Positions 25,718 to 39,601 of a stretch of DNA of 64,000 nt are shown here, piece by piece. Source of the DNA: Azolla caroliniana. Lineage: Eukaryota > Plantae > Polypodiophyta. Made by a program: the position numbers and the translations under genes. The notes below the pieces were generated by a model, which was not told where the DNA came from, did no database searches, and worked only from the letters and a program-made list of their open reading frames with translations. Position 1 is the first letter of the stretch; every line of letters starts with the position of its first letter. The stretch spans positions 7,378,001 to 7,442,000 of the forward strand of contig JBHGNT010000015.1 of the NCBI GenBank assembly GCA_043228905.1. The letters are read 5' to 3'.

Positions 25718-28700
25718 CAAGGACCCCAAAAGTTGTATGTTGTGAACAGCACACATATACATATCTTGGCTTAGCCGTCCACCCCCTTATCATTGGGGCT
25801 TCCATCCATATGTTTTTAGGGTGCCTTCTACTTTTCTCTTTTAAAGCCGTGTATTTTTTGGCTTCACAAGAACCTTGGGGGAGGGGGTGGGGGGGTTGAC
25901 TTCTCTTAGAGTATTTTGGACTTGTAGATCTAGATTGACCCTTTTTAAACCCTTTTTATGAAGGGAAGTGTGAAAAGATAACTAGCTAAATCCCCTAGAC
26001 ATTAAATCCTTGGACTCTTCACTATCTTCCAGCTGTGCCTGTGTGAAGGTTCATCCGATGTGTGGTTTTGGGGTATGTGTCTTGGTTGTACCTATTTTTC
26101 CCTTCCACACCCATCTCTCCTTGTATATTATTATTGAATCCCTGCATGAACCCTCATTTTTGTGAAAACACTAATTTTCGGCTGTTTGTTGTCTTCCCTT
26201 TTTTTTTTGAGAGCTCTTATTAGCAACTGTGGTCATGATCAAGCAAGTTGTTTTGTTTTTGCTGGAGGACTAATTAAAATGTGTCTATGCTTGATGTCTG
26301 GTAAGCACAAAAGAGCTTTCAAGATGTATGGTGCTAGTACAGGTCCACTAACAATTTGGTTGGCTATTTCTGTCTGTATATAGCAATGGTTGGATTGCAC
26401 TTTACCTTTTTTGTGGTCCATTGCAATCATATTTTGGGTCACACTATTTAAGTAAGGTTTGAGTTTATCATATATGGAGACAAACCTAGGAATTCTGACT
26501 TGTGTATGTACTAGGGTTGTACTGCAGTGAGAATACAAGAGGATAAAGTGGTTTTACCTTTTCTTGGATTTATAACTTATTGTCCATGGAAAAAGCAATG
26601 AGTTAATTTTCACCAATGTCTTAAAAGATCACACACAGCTTACTTCTTTTAGGAGTGATATACTAATGCAATGCAAGGCAAGTATTTTTATTGCAATGGC
26701 TTACGCCAACGTTTAGTGAATGTGAGTTATATTGTAGACTTCCCTAATGTGAAGATGCTAAAGTGGGAGCCATTTTGCTTGCTTCTTGTACCATTATGTG
26801 GGAAGGTAGGTAGGGTCCACTTTGACAAGCACAGCCCAACGCTTTCTACATTATTTTGTAGATTCTTGCACATGTTGACTTTGTTAATTTGGAAAGGGAT
26901 TGGTAGGTATGTCTTTTCTTTGTTGACAGTGCCTTTTTAAGGGCTTTGACATTGCTGACAATCCTTATGGAAGTTGATCAGTATGATGGATATGAATGTT
27001 CTTAGACCAAGTTTTACCATTATCATACATAACCAAGTTTTGGGATCACAGCTTCTAAGACATGAATTTAGTTGATGAGCCTAGCGCTTTGGGATAGCAG
27101 CGTCTATTTGAGACACCCGTGAAAAATGAATGTAAAGCTGACTCTGAAGACCTTGTTGGTTCAACCTTGATTTCATCAATGGTAGGTGTGTCTAAATTGA
27201 AGTTTGATAATGTTTATCTTGTGTGTTCTCAATGATGACATATTTTTGGGATAAATATCGAGCAACTTTCACTTCTTTTGCATCTCATTCTTTTTCGCAT
27301 TCAGCCCAATGTCATTTGATGTCATTCTTTTCCCATTTAGATAATTTGTGAATGGACATGATTGGTAATTGCTCATTAGCCTAATAGCTTGATAATAGGA
27401 AACATCTAATTTTGTTGTGTGTATGATGTCATCGGGTTGTAGTGATTGATAATTTGAATGTTGAGATCTCAAGTGCCATGTAGCTAGTCGTTTGGGCAAC
27501 AAGATCCAACTTTTGCATCAATGTTCGATTTTAGGCCTAAACTAATTTAATCCATGTTCAACATGACCTATACAACGACAATATTATTAAGCAAACTCAC
27601 TATGTAAATCACATATTCTTTCTTTTGGCTCAAAGATTCACCCAACCCTTGGTTTATATTTTCATGTGTGAACAAGGCCCATCCGTGTGATGGCATGCCT
27701 TTATCTTATGGGCATGTCTGTTTGAATGTAAGCATAGGCGTAAACCAACCTCTGTAAGTTACTTTGCCAATATTGAGTTTGAACACAATTTCAATCATAC
27801 TCAAACCTATACCTAAGGTGGGTTATTCTCCATTTCATGTGAAGGGTTTCCAAGGTGGTTAAGTAGAATAGGGACTCATGGCCCTTTCCTTTCTTGTAAT
27901 GCACTATAGATATCCTCCAACATAACCACAATGTAAAACCATTCAGGGGTCCCTTAAATCTAATTGGATCAAAGAAATTTTCTTTCGTAGTTTTTATGCA
28001 GTAAGCATTGAATTATCATGTGGTCCTTGGTAGGAGATTTCTAGACATTGTCCTTACTTTCAACTTACCCTAGCTATTAGATATAAACTAAAGGCACCGG
28101 CGTCAAATCCGATCTTCACACATATTTGCTACCCCCCCATATGCCACCTTTCTTCAACCACATGACATAGAAGTGTAATTAATTTGTAGCCTTATGGTCT
28201 CCAAACAATTGACATGACCATCTTAACTATGGTTCTCTTTTCTAATTAATAAACAATAAAATGTTTTTATAAGTAAATTATTGTTTTAAGAGCCAATTTT
28301 CAAGAACAACTCACACAGGACAAAAAATTTGTTACAAACATGTCATAGTATATGGTTTATTGTACAATTATTTTGAAGTTCTAGAGTCTGCAAGTGTATG
28401 GAATGCCATATTGTATGGTTTATTGTAAGGTCATGAGAAGTTTTAGAGTCTTGCCACAAGTATGGATTATGACATAACATAAGCTCTTAACTATTGCCAA
28501 ATGTACAATGTATAGAATGGAATGCGTAGTCATCCATAACCTTCATGAATGTATAAGGGGATCCTTGCCCTAGTTATCTCTCAAGGAGATCAACACAAAT
28601 CTTAGGACCGAGTTACAAAAAAATTGTCACAATCATTAAGCATATTCACATTTGTCCCAATTTCCCTCTTTTGTACCTATATCTCTCATAGGAGTGTCCT

Positions 28701-29578
28701 TGACAATTTGATGGAAGTCGTCAACCATTTTGGAAATGATTATATACAATCACAATAGGAGCCCTACATTTGAATACCATGTGTGGATGGACTGTGGCTT
28801 TGGGGTTCTCCCAATGATGACTCCGGTTGACTCAAGTGGCAACATCATGCTTTATTTACATCACCTAAGGTCATAGATAAAGTATTCTTGTGATTGTCCC
28901 CATTCCTATGGAGGTGATTGATGGCCAATCATTCTCCAATGGTGCCATTACATAAGCTACAATTTTTGGGATTCTCCATCTTGACCCACACCAAGAGGAA
29001 ATCACACTTAACGTCATCAAATTCCCACGATATCCCATCATCCTTGATAATTTGTGTGTCAAGTCCCACATTTCAATTGTGAATTGGTAAGCTTGTTTTG
29101 TGAAAGTATTGTGCCACTATAGGTAATTTAGGTCAATTAAAACTATAATGTTAGCTTGATAAGGCATGAGATAGATAGATAGAATTTATTATTGTCTTCG
29201 GAGGTCAAATACAACCTATGAGACAAAAAATATTACATTTCATGTAATACATATGAAAGTGTGTAGCAACTCTTCATTTTCAAGAACTGTACCAATGAAT
29301 TTCACAATTGATAATGTACATTATGATTGTGACAGTGAGAGAGAATGAGTGAAACACATTTACTTTTATTATTAAAAATGGAGAGTTTACTAGTATATAT
29401 ATCTAAGATACATTTTTGGGTTTGTTACTCCCTCCTGGAGAACACCATCGATTACTCCTCCTGAGTAATCGGGTCAAGGAATTGTGGTGCGTAAGAGACT
29501 AGTGGCCTGAGTGGTGGTTGAATCGTTTACGACAATTGAGATGGACACGCTGAGAATTGGCTACAATCGATTGGCAGT

Positions 29579-32508
29579 TGTTGAGCGAGCAAGCTCAACC
29601 GGATCCGGATTGGCTGAATAAGCCAGAGCCGGATTGGTATCTGGATGGTATCCGAATACAATCGGCTGGATCGGGGAGACGGATTAGAGAGTCGGATTCG
29701 AGTGCGAACCGAAAGCCTAGTAGTAGCCTAGACTACTAGGTAATCATTGTCTCGTAGTTAGTGTCAGTCGCACGTACGAATATTGAAGTACCTGTCAGTA
29801 CTTTTGTCAGTCCTCTATGGACTTGTATAAAAGTGCTCTCTGAGCACATTCTATGTATACAGAGTTTCAAAGTGTTATTTTGAATTAAGTTTATGTTCTG
29901 CTCTCTCTCTCTCTCTCTCTCTCTCTCATGTGTATTCTCTGTGTTAAGTTCTCCATTAAACCTTTTCTCATTTTCTGTTGCTATCCGACTGAGTTGGTTT
30001 GTCGAATGCTTCCACACGCTAACTTTCACGTGGTATCAGAGCGCGAGGGTTGAGAACCTCTATAGCCGACAAACGCTTTCGAAGACAAACCCTACTAACC
30101 GGTAACAACAGACAGAGAAAGGTATGGACAGAGGTATGGTGAGTTCACTTCCAACAGAGAAGCTCGATCGGAGCAACTATGCATCCTGGTCATATAAAAT
30201 GCACTAGTACTTGTTGGGGCATGGTTATTGCAGCTACGTGGAAGGAACTAACGAGGTAGCACCGGAGCTAGCACACAATGACTTCTTGGTATGGTTGCAA
30301 GGAGCGAGCCGAGTATTGTACTGCCTCGCGTCTTGTGTGCACGATCAAATGCTCGGCTACATAAAGGATGCAAAGATGCCGAAGGAGGCATGGGAAAATC
30401 TACGAAAGATTTTCACCACGACTACCACAACCCGTAAGTTGCAGCTTCGGCAAGAGCTGAACAACATCCGACAAAGAGACATGTCGCTTACGGATTACAC
30501 CACCAAAATAAAGGAGTTTTGTGACGCACTCCGGTCCATCAACATGATGGTGGACGAAGACGAGATGGTACAAATCTGCCTCGGTGGTCTAGCGCAAAGG
30601 TATGGGCCAATCCAGACAACGATCTGCACCCGGGAGAAGCCACCGTCCTTCTTCGACTTGCAATCAATGCTGATGATCGAAGAAAACCACGCGAGTGGTC
30701 CAGGACCAGTCAATCGGACGACCAGATGCTGTACACGGAGAAAGATTGGCCCCATGGACGTGGTGGACGAGGTGGGTCGGCACGCAATGGAGGCGGTTGG
30801 CAAGAGCAGGACCGAAGGCACAGAGGTAGTGTTGACAGTAGTTCCGGACCCTCCACAAGTAGGGGGAGTCAAAGCGGCGCCGAAAGCCGACAAGGAAAAG
30901 CCGACACAGAATACTAGTATTGTGGCGAAAAGGGCCACAGGGAAAGCGAGTGTTGGAAGAAGCGCGCCGATTCGGACAAATCCGGATCTGGCAAGGTCGG
31001 TCAGGAAAACCGGCAAAGCTCGCACTACGTAGAAGGATCGAAAGGATCCAGAACCGGGAAGACCGGTAAAGGGCCAACCTTCGTGATGAAGCACACGGCC
31101 AACTCGATGAAGAAGACTACTTCCAAATTGGAGGAAGTATGGTATGCTGATTCCAGAGCGTCCAAACCACATGACGAGCCATGAAGAGTGGTTCTCCTTT
31201 TTGGAAAAACCGGAACAACCGGGGATTGTCGAAATTGGAGACGACACCCCTCACTCGATTGTGCATGTCGGAGAAGTCCCTTTAAGCCATGTCGGACAAA
31301 AGGGGAAGCTGATGAACGTACTCCATGTTCTGACTATCACAAAGAACATGGTGTCGATTGGACAAATTGTCGACTAGGGGATGCAGGTGCGGTTTACGCA
31401 CCTCGGGTGCTTCATCGAGGAAGAAGGCCGCATAATTGCACAAGGGCGCAGAGAAGGGAGGCTGTTCATCCTCAACACTAGACACCTTTGCCAAAGGACA
31501 GAAGATTTAATCGGACATCGATCTCTAGCATAAGCGGATCGGCCACGTCAACTATTGGAGGCTTCAAGACCTGCAATTGAAACATGTTGTGTTCGGATTG
31601 CCGAAATTCAGTGGCCAAAAGGCCCAAATATGTGAAGCCTGCCAACTCGAGAAGCAACATCGACTTCCATTCCCCATCGAACGAAACCGGAGCCATAACA
31701 AGTTCGATCTAATACATTCGAATGTATGGGGACCGACATAGAACGTTAGTCTTGGTGGGAGTCGGTATTTCGTCTCCCTCATCGACGACTATAGCCAACA
31801 CATAGGGATCTACCTCATTGAGAGGAAGAGCGAAGTCTTCGAATGTTTCCGAAACCTTCAAAGCTTAGTTGAACGGGAAACGGAGAGGAAGATCAATTGC
31901 CTGTGGTCGGATGGCAGAAAAGAATACTTTTCCAGCCAATTCAACAGTTATCTGCAGTAGAACGGAATTAAGAGAGAATTCAGCTGTAGATACACACCGG
32001 AGCAAAACGGTGTGGCTGAAAGGAAGAACTGGTCGATTGTCGACGCGGCAAGGGCAATGCTAGAGGAGAAAAGCATGCCCCAATTCTACTAGGCTGAGGC
32101 GGTCCGGACGGCCATCTACATCCAAAACCGGATCGGAGACAAGGTATCATCACATGAGTTGTATTTCGGGCGGAAACTGAATTTGAGACACCTTCAAATA
32201 TTCAACCGAACCGGTGAGTAGTGGAGACTTTGTTGTGCTCTCCCTGCGCAAGGAACCGAGGAGATGGTTCACGCGCAAAGAGAAGGGGAAGAAGAAGATG
32301 TTGGAATACGATACTGGCAGTGAAGGGTCAGATCGGAGCGGATTTGACCCTGGAAAGGAAGAAGGCGGATCTTCAGAAAGGAAGTCTGAACCGGCCAAGA
32401 AGGGCCTCAAACTGGCTAACGAAAAGTTACTCTGCTCAATCCGCTAGAAGAACCCCGTCCAGAGGTACAGATACAATGAGTACATGGCGCATCACTATGC
32501 GTACATGA
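29579..32508 (+). mobile_element. Copia family A 5' part: LTR 29579-30028, PBS 30031-30042, gag, protease, integrase; internally deleted near 32205 and truncated
   Basis: TGTTGAG...TTTCA-cg-TGGTATCAGAGC and UBN2-type gag. LTR similar to 60940-61341. About 350 bp missing relative to 58090-58440. Confidence 0.9.
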
Positions 32509-32509
32509 C

Positions 32510-32891
32510 TAATCTAGTTAGGAGTGTTGACTATAAACCCTTAAATAGGATTTTGTACTTGTACGTAAGTGGGGATACATTCAAGATCCTCCACTACCAA
32601 GTATAATGAATATAGGACTTACATCATTGTACCTATATTCTACTCACACATGTGCACCGTTGCACATGAGTTGTATATATACCTCATTGTGGGTATTTTT
32701 GGATTTTGATGATGATAATTTAATATAGAGTTAATCATCCCCTATCTTGTGTTGCTCATAAGTGTACTTCTCTCTCTCTTCCTCTCACAAACATACACAC
32801 ACATACACACACATATCACTTAATCTTCCACTTAACTTAATCACATAATTAGGTACTAATTAACCCTTGCTTAATTACCGAATTCTTAACA
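32510..32891 (+). repeat. LTR-like repeat of an old element; second copy at about 63123-63560 on the minus strand
   Basis: Shared blocks such as GATTTTGTACTTG, TTGTACCTATATTCT and GCACATGAG.TGTATATATAC. Boundaries approximate. Confidence 0.6.
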
Positions 32892-33158
32892 AAAAACAAA
32901 GAACAAGCTTTAAATATAACAATTGTAATGACACACAAGATAAAGTCCAAAAGTGGAAGTGCTTAGATCCAACAAAGTCAATATCCATGAATGACCCTAT
33001 GATCAAACTTGCATAATCATCACCACAACCTAATAAAGAAACAAGTTTAGGAGGAGTCAAGAAGGATTAAGATTCAAAAGTCCATGTATCTCTATGTCAA
33101 CAATTACTTAACTTATAGTTAATCTACCATTTAGAGAGATATGTCAACTAGCCAATTG

Positions 33159-33583
33159 TGTCACGGACTAGTATAATAGAGTAGAACAAAGATAAGACTA
33201 GAGAACAAGAGAGAGTAAAAGAAGAAGAACTCAACTTATAGAACCCGTAACTTGTGTTGTTCACCTTGATTAGAATCAAGGTGCACATGAGTATTTATAC
33301 AAGAAGGTAGGGCTATGTAAGCCAACTAGAAATAGAGTATGCATGAGGATGCATGCAATAGAGTACACGTGAGGATGCATGCAATAGAGAATGCATGAGG
33401 ATGCATGCAAGCTAGAAAATGAGAATAGATGCAAGCTAGGAACTTCCAATGTTCAATCTACACTATATGAAGTTGAATTAAATACAAGGACACATATGTA
33501 GCTCAAGTGGTAGGGTTGCCCAATAGAGACCATGAGGTCTTGTGTTCAATCCCTACTTTCTTTCGTGGCATATGTCTATGACA
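33159..33583 (-). mobile_element. Solo LTR carrying a tRNA-like segment and a 3x26-bp repeat
   Basis: TGTCA...TGACA termini, 5-bp TSD AATTG (33154-33158, 33584-33588), TATAAATA on the minus strand at about 33295. Confidence 0.88.
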
Positions 33584-35543
33584 AATTGTAGAGAAAGTGA
33601 ACAATAGAAGTTGAATTACATCTAATAAAAATCTCAATTAATGTTAAGCAAATAAAATAAGGAAGAAAGGGTGTTAGACCACCCAACCACCCCTAACAAA
33701 GGTAATAGATAGATATGAGTCCCTCATTGGCATCCATACCATCAAGTACAAACATGGATCGTACCAAGGATTTCACGAATGAGGAACACACATATGCAAT
33801 TAGAGCTTTGCCACTTTGGCGAAGTCTCTACATAGTAACTCTAGTCCCCTTCATGAAGGTAGCTATGTTTTGTTTATAGGCTCAAATCCCATTCATTTTT
33901 CTATTCACACTTGAGTGCTTCGTTAGAAGTGGTCAAGAGATGAAATACTTAAAAGTTATCTCCTGCCATATGATTGAGAATAACTCAAATCTTACCTTTC
34001 ATTCCTTATGAACTAGCCCACGCCTACTAACCATAACGTTAGAGAACTACGGTTAATTATACAATGTGACTACACTCATAACACATCTTATCAAAACAGC
34101 TAAAACTCTCTCTTGAAGAAGCCCTGAAGTTAGACACCAAACCTTGACAAGATGTATTAATTCAAGGTATGGAGAAGTAGTCCTCAGAGCCTCTTTTACT
34201 ACAAATACCAAGGTCTCGCTTCTACAAAAAATAGATGCTTTTGAGGCAATTCCTTTTGAAGACTATGACACTAGTTTAAGTTTGCCAACCATTGCCAATG
34301 GGATTACAATTCTCGCAATTTTAGACACAAGCATTAGGATGGGCATAATCAAGTATGATTTTTGGAGAAAATGGGAAAGCCCTAAGCTGTCTCAATCAAA
34401 AATTAAACTTAGAATGGACAATAGGACTATATAATCACTAGGGCATGATGACTAGTACATTTTTGAGATCTATGGCATCAAAGACTACCTCATCTTTATA
34501 ATAACAAGACCTTCCAACAATGTTAGTTATGAGTGCCTATTAAGGAGACCATTCTTATGAATTAATCAATTGGTATTGGATTTGGAATGATGTCTTCTAC
34601 ATGTGAAAGGATACAAAACTTATCATCGCAAGGCATATACACATAAAATACAAGAGCAAGAGGGCAATCATTTAATGGATGACCACTCTTCTAACGAACA
34701 AGTTTGAGGAAAATCTCCTACCCTACATTGCCTAACCATTATGCACTCACCTACATTAAACATAAAGCGTGGTCATACCCCGAGTGTGGTGGAAAAATAT
34801 CCGAAAACGGATCCTCGATTTTGAATTGGGTGCACACATTAGATATAGTTGAAAGTATGTATTCAATAGGAACCAAACGTGTAGATGATAACGGGGCCTA
34901 TCATAAGTTCTTTTATGATGAACATAAATAGTCCAACAGAGAATTTTCCTCATGACTTTCAACAAACCTACAACAATGTGCAAACAAGAGTGGTGCAAAT
35001 ATGTTAAAGTAAACACTAGATGTCTGCATACTACACTTACATTGTGTTGTCCAGAGGACAGAAATGTAAAATTAGGAAATTAGCAAGTGGCGGTAGTGTA
35101 ACCGAGTAGGAATGAACGCCAGCGAGCGCCGAGTCTGAGTATCACGGGCCACCGACGACTCGACTGTGTATTAGGGGAAACTTATTTAAACGAGGTTCAA
35201 TACCTCAGAGCGCAGGGAGAAAAATATAGGCGGAAGCACTAGCTTAGTCCATCGTAACTAGATAATCCTGTAAGGTCACCGGCCGTAGGCCGTGTTCTGT
35301 AATCCTTTTGGTGTTGCAGTAATATATCTGATTTGTGTCCATTTTGCTCCATGTGTTTGTGCTTTGGCTCATACTTATGATTTCAGCGCCGTCCACGCCT
35401 ATCAAGACCTCACTAGTGTTTTATCTCTAATCATTTCCTCCCTCACGACGCCTCTGTTACGAGCCTTCACGTACCACGCCATTGGATACCGATAGCCGCG
35501 GGTCTATCGAAGGTGTTTACCCAAAGGAATGGGTAACACAATT

Positions 35544-35556
35544 TGGCACGCCCGGT
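35544..35556 (+). promoter_or_regulatory. Primer-binding site, probably tRNA-Arg type
   Basis: TGGCACGCCCGGT 5 nt after the 5' LTR. Matches the 3' end of plant tRNA-Arg(UCU) as recalled; needs checking. Confidence 0.8.
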
Positions 35557-35729
35557 TACAACTGTGAGTGCACAACGAACTTCGTTGAAGGTAACCACCA
35601 GCCGCCGTTACGGCGCCCTCTCGCACCACGAGGTCTCGGCCACTTGCTCGACGCCCTGAGCCAGTCGAAGGAACTTCCGACTCGGCGGTCACTGACCAAT
35701 CCTTTCCCGAGCAATCGGAGGCTTCCCCA

Positions 35730-38700
35730 GTGCAATCCTCGCCACCGGACACTCGATCGCGGCTTGATTCACCACCAAAACCCCCGCCGAGCCCTCCAGA
35801 GGTCAATCAACCGGAACTAAACCCTTTTCCGGTGCTACCAGAAGACCTAGAGTACGACATCATGCCGTACCCATATCCACGATACATCGACGGACCAGAC
35901 GCGGAGTCACACATCCGTGCCTTCATATCCACGTGGCATGCCAACCACTCAACGCACCGCCTCACGCCGGCCGAAATCGATGCCTCAAAGATTGTCGAGT
36001 TCACACTCTCCCTCGATGGACCGGCCGCACAATGGTACTCTCGCCTCGAAATAGGAGAGGCCACCATTTTCCAAATCGTGCGCACAAAGTTCCTTGAACA
36101 TTTTCATCGCGAGGTGCCTAAACGGGAACTACTCCGGCAATTCTTCTCTATATGCCAAGAACCGCAGGAAACGGTCGCGCAGTTCACGATCCGGTTCTAG
36201 GATCTCTACAGACAAGTGGCCGATGATGTCTCGGCACAACATATACCGGACACTTTCCTGTCCAGTTTACGAGAGCCTCTCCGAACGACTCTCACACTTA
36301 CAAATTTCGCCAACCATACTATTGAACAAGTCATAGCGCGGGTTACTCGCCCTCGATCGGACCCAGCATGGCGCGACCTTCTCGATGACATCTTACAAAA
36401 CGCTCTTCCCCAAGAGGATAATCGCTTTCGCCAAGCTCTCCAATGCACGGCGTGTTCAGGATCAGGGCACCTGGCCCTCGAATGTCCCCACCGACCACAG
36501 TGTTCGATCTGTCAGTCTCGAGCTCACACTGTTGAGCAGTGCGAATATAATATGCTGAACTGCACAACGGTGGCACCGGTCCGCCAGATCGAGCCAAGAA
36601 ATACATACTCTCGGCAGGATGAGCGATATGCCTACCGAGACCAGGATAATGACCGACCGCGATCCCCGGATCGACGGCGCCGAGACGACGACTACCGACG
36701 TGATGACCGCCGTGATCACTATCGCGATGACCGGCATGACGATTATGCTCAATATGATGACGATCGCGATGACCGGTATGACCGACGGAACTCACGCATT
36801 GATCGGCGAAATGACAACGGCAACTCACGCAACAATAGAAGACATAACGACAACCGCTGACGGGACGCTCCTCAAAATGACTAGCGCAACTCCAACGCAC
36901 CTCGGACCAACCCATCACCAAACGAGACTGGGAATCAACAGTAACAACTTCCACACACAGACCGAGCGGACACCAGCAGCTCGGCCAACGTTACGTGTTT
37001 TAAATGTAACCAACCAGGCCACTATGCCACGCTATGCCCAACAACCGATCGTGGCAAAGCACCTGCCGTGAACAATATCATGGCCGATGTTCAAACCGTC
37101 ACTACCCGAAGTAAAGTGCAGACTACATAGTGGCAAATCCAAGACGAAGTCCGTCAGGCAGCAAAAGAATGGATCAACACGGCCTATAAAAAGAATACCG
37201 TGCGCGCCATGCAAACTGACATGAGAGACGTGCCCAACGAAGCACCACAAACCTCGGTACCATCCACGTCGACGGAGGACGACCAACTATGGGATGTTCT
37301 TACCAACTCCCGCATCTCGCTGCCCCTACATAAACTGTTACCACTCATGCCGAGATTTCGGGACACCCTGGCGGCATTCCAGGCCAATACTAAGCCCGTG
37401 ACGCTACCGGTACACCTCACCGAAGCAGGAACCGGTCCACCACTCATGGATTCTCAGAACCCAGCCGTGCGAATCATCATTAAGGGACAAGACCTGCACG
37501 GATGCATCATCGACGGCGGATCCGGCGTAAACATTATTAGCGAGTCAACGTGTCACAACCTCGGCTTGAGTCAATGGGAACCATGCCCCTTTTGGCTTCG
37601 GATGGCCGACACTCGCTCCGTTCGCCCCATTGGTTTAATCCGCCATCTCGACTTCACACTCGGAGGCCACATGTTCATGATCTCGGCCGTCGTGCTAAGA
37701 CTGGAGACACAAGGCGCCTACCCAATGTTACTAGGTCGACCATGGTTGAGTACAGCGAATGGCAACTCAACATGATCTCGTTCCGAAGAGGCAAGACAAA
37801 AGTCCGAATCATCATTGAAGAACGAGTCCCTGTCGCCCTCAACACTTCGCCGTTATATGCGGAAGGGGTCCATATGCTTAACGGTTTGGCCGATGAGGAG
37901 GTCGATGACTTCCTAGATGATCATCCCACGATCATCCCTCTCTTCAAAATCAATGTCATACCAACCATCGAACCACCTAAAGACGAGGAAGTCACGGAGG
38001 AATCACCACCCCAAGATGAACCAGATCCAACCACAGTTGCCGAGCTACGCCATGCTCGGGAGGCTTTCGAACGCGAACTCGCCATTTCACAACGAGTCAA
38101 AGCATCAACCCTGGAAACAATAAACCTCGGCTCGGACGAGAATCCCCGTATGTTACAAATTGCCAATAATCTACCAACCGGAGAACGGGCATCCCTCGTA
38201 CGATTGCTCACCGACTACCAGGATGTTTTCGCTTGGTCTTACACCGATATGAAGGGGTTGGATCCTCAATACTACCAACATCAAATCCACCTCTTACCCG
38301 ACACTCGACCGGTTCAGCAGAGGCGCTACAGGATGAACCCCAACTACGCCGCTAAAGTAAAAGAGGAAATCGACAAACTACTCCGAGTGGGCTTCATTCG
38401 CCCTGTTAAACGGGCCACGTGGTTGAGCCCGATCGTAGTAGTCCCAAAGAAGAACGGAAAAATCCGCGTCTGCGTCGACTATCGGAAGCTTAACGCGGCA
38501 ACAGCCACCGACGGTTTCCCTCTCCCCTTCACGGACAGCGTCCTCGACACGGTAGCCGGCCACGAATGCTACAGTTTCCTCGACGGGTTCAACGGCTATA
38601 ACCAGATAAGAATGCACCCTGAGGATCAGGAGAAAACCGCTTTCGTCATGGAATGGGGTGTTTTTGTGGCAGAAGTAATGATGTTCAGTCTAAAAACGGC

Positions 38701-39522
38701 GCCGGCTACGTTCCAGCGCATCATCACCGAAATCTTTCATGACTACATCCCGACGTTCATGCAAGTCTTTCTCGACAATTTCGCCGTGTATGGCCATCGA
38801 CGGGAACACATGACCCAGTTACGACTCTGCCTGGACCGATGTCGCCAAGCTCGATTGAGCTTAAACCCGGCGAAATGCGCGTTCTTAGTCACCAACGACA
38901 ACCTTCTCGGCCACATTGTCAGTCAAGAAGGCATCGCTATGGACCCGGATAAAGTAAAGGCCATCCTGACCGCCTCCGCACCCTCGAATGCTAAGGCACT
39001 AAGCCGATTTTTGGGACAGATCCGGTGGCATAGCCGAATGATACGACACCTTGCCGATTTCACGACACCTTTACACGCGGCCGTCCATCGCCTTCCCTTC
39101 CAATGGACGTTAATCGAGGACACGGCCTATCAGACCCTGAAACTAATGCTCTCACATGCCCCGGTGGTCCAGCCTCCGGTTTGGTTTGAACCGTTTCATG
39201 TCTTCGTAGATGCTTCGGACATCGCCATCGGAAGTGCCCTGATGCAATGCACACCCCCGAATTGGTATAGGCCCGTGTACTACGCCAGCCGATGGCTCTC
39301 GACCGCGGAAAATAATTACTCCACCACCGAGCGGGAGGCCCTCGGTATGATTTATAGCATCAATAAATTCCGGCATTACCTCTTGGGCCGGAAGTTTACC
39401 TTTCACGTGGATCACTCGGCCCTTCTTTATTTGGTCAATAAACAAGCCCTCACCGGACAGTTGGCTCGGTGGATGCTCCTACTCCAAGAATTTGATTTCC
39501 AGATTCAGCATCGACCCGGGGT
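35730..39522 (+). pseudogene. gag-pro-RT-RNaseH of element 2 (stops and frameshifts)
   Basis: Gag SLDGPAAQWY, three CCHC knuckles, protease IIDGGSGVN, RT FLDN, RNase H VDASD..TEREAL. Breaks after HRPGV. Confidence 0.9.
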
Positions 39523-39601
39523 CCCGTTCCTTTGGGTGAACACCTTCGATAGACCCGCGACTATCGGTATCCAAGGGCGTGGTACGTGAAGGCTCGTAAC
39601 A

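Noticed and set aside
27070-27150. TGATGA...CTGA pair suggesting a C/D snoRNA, or a decayed exon
   Set aside because: No convincing terminal stem or recognisable rRNA guide; protein reading has a stop and no recognisable family.
27500-29100. Degenerate minus-strand Gypsy remnants
   Set aside because: Only faint RT-like residues; cannot be bounded.
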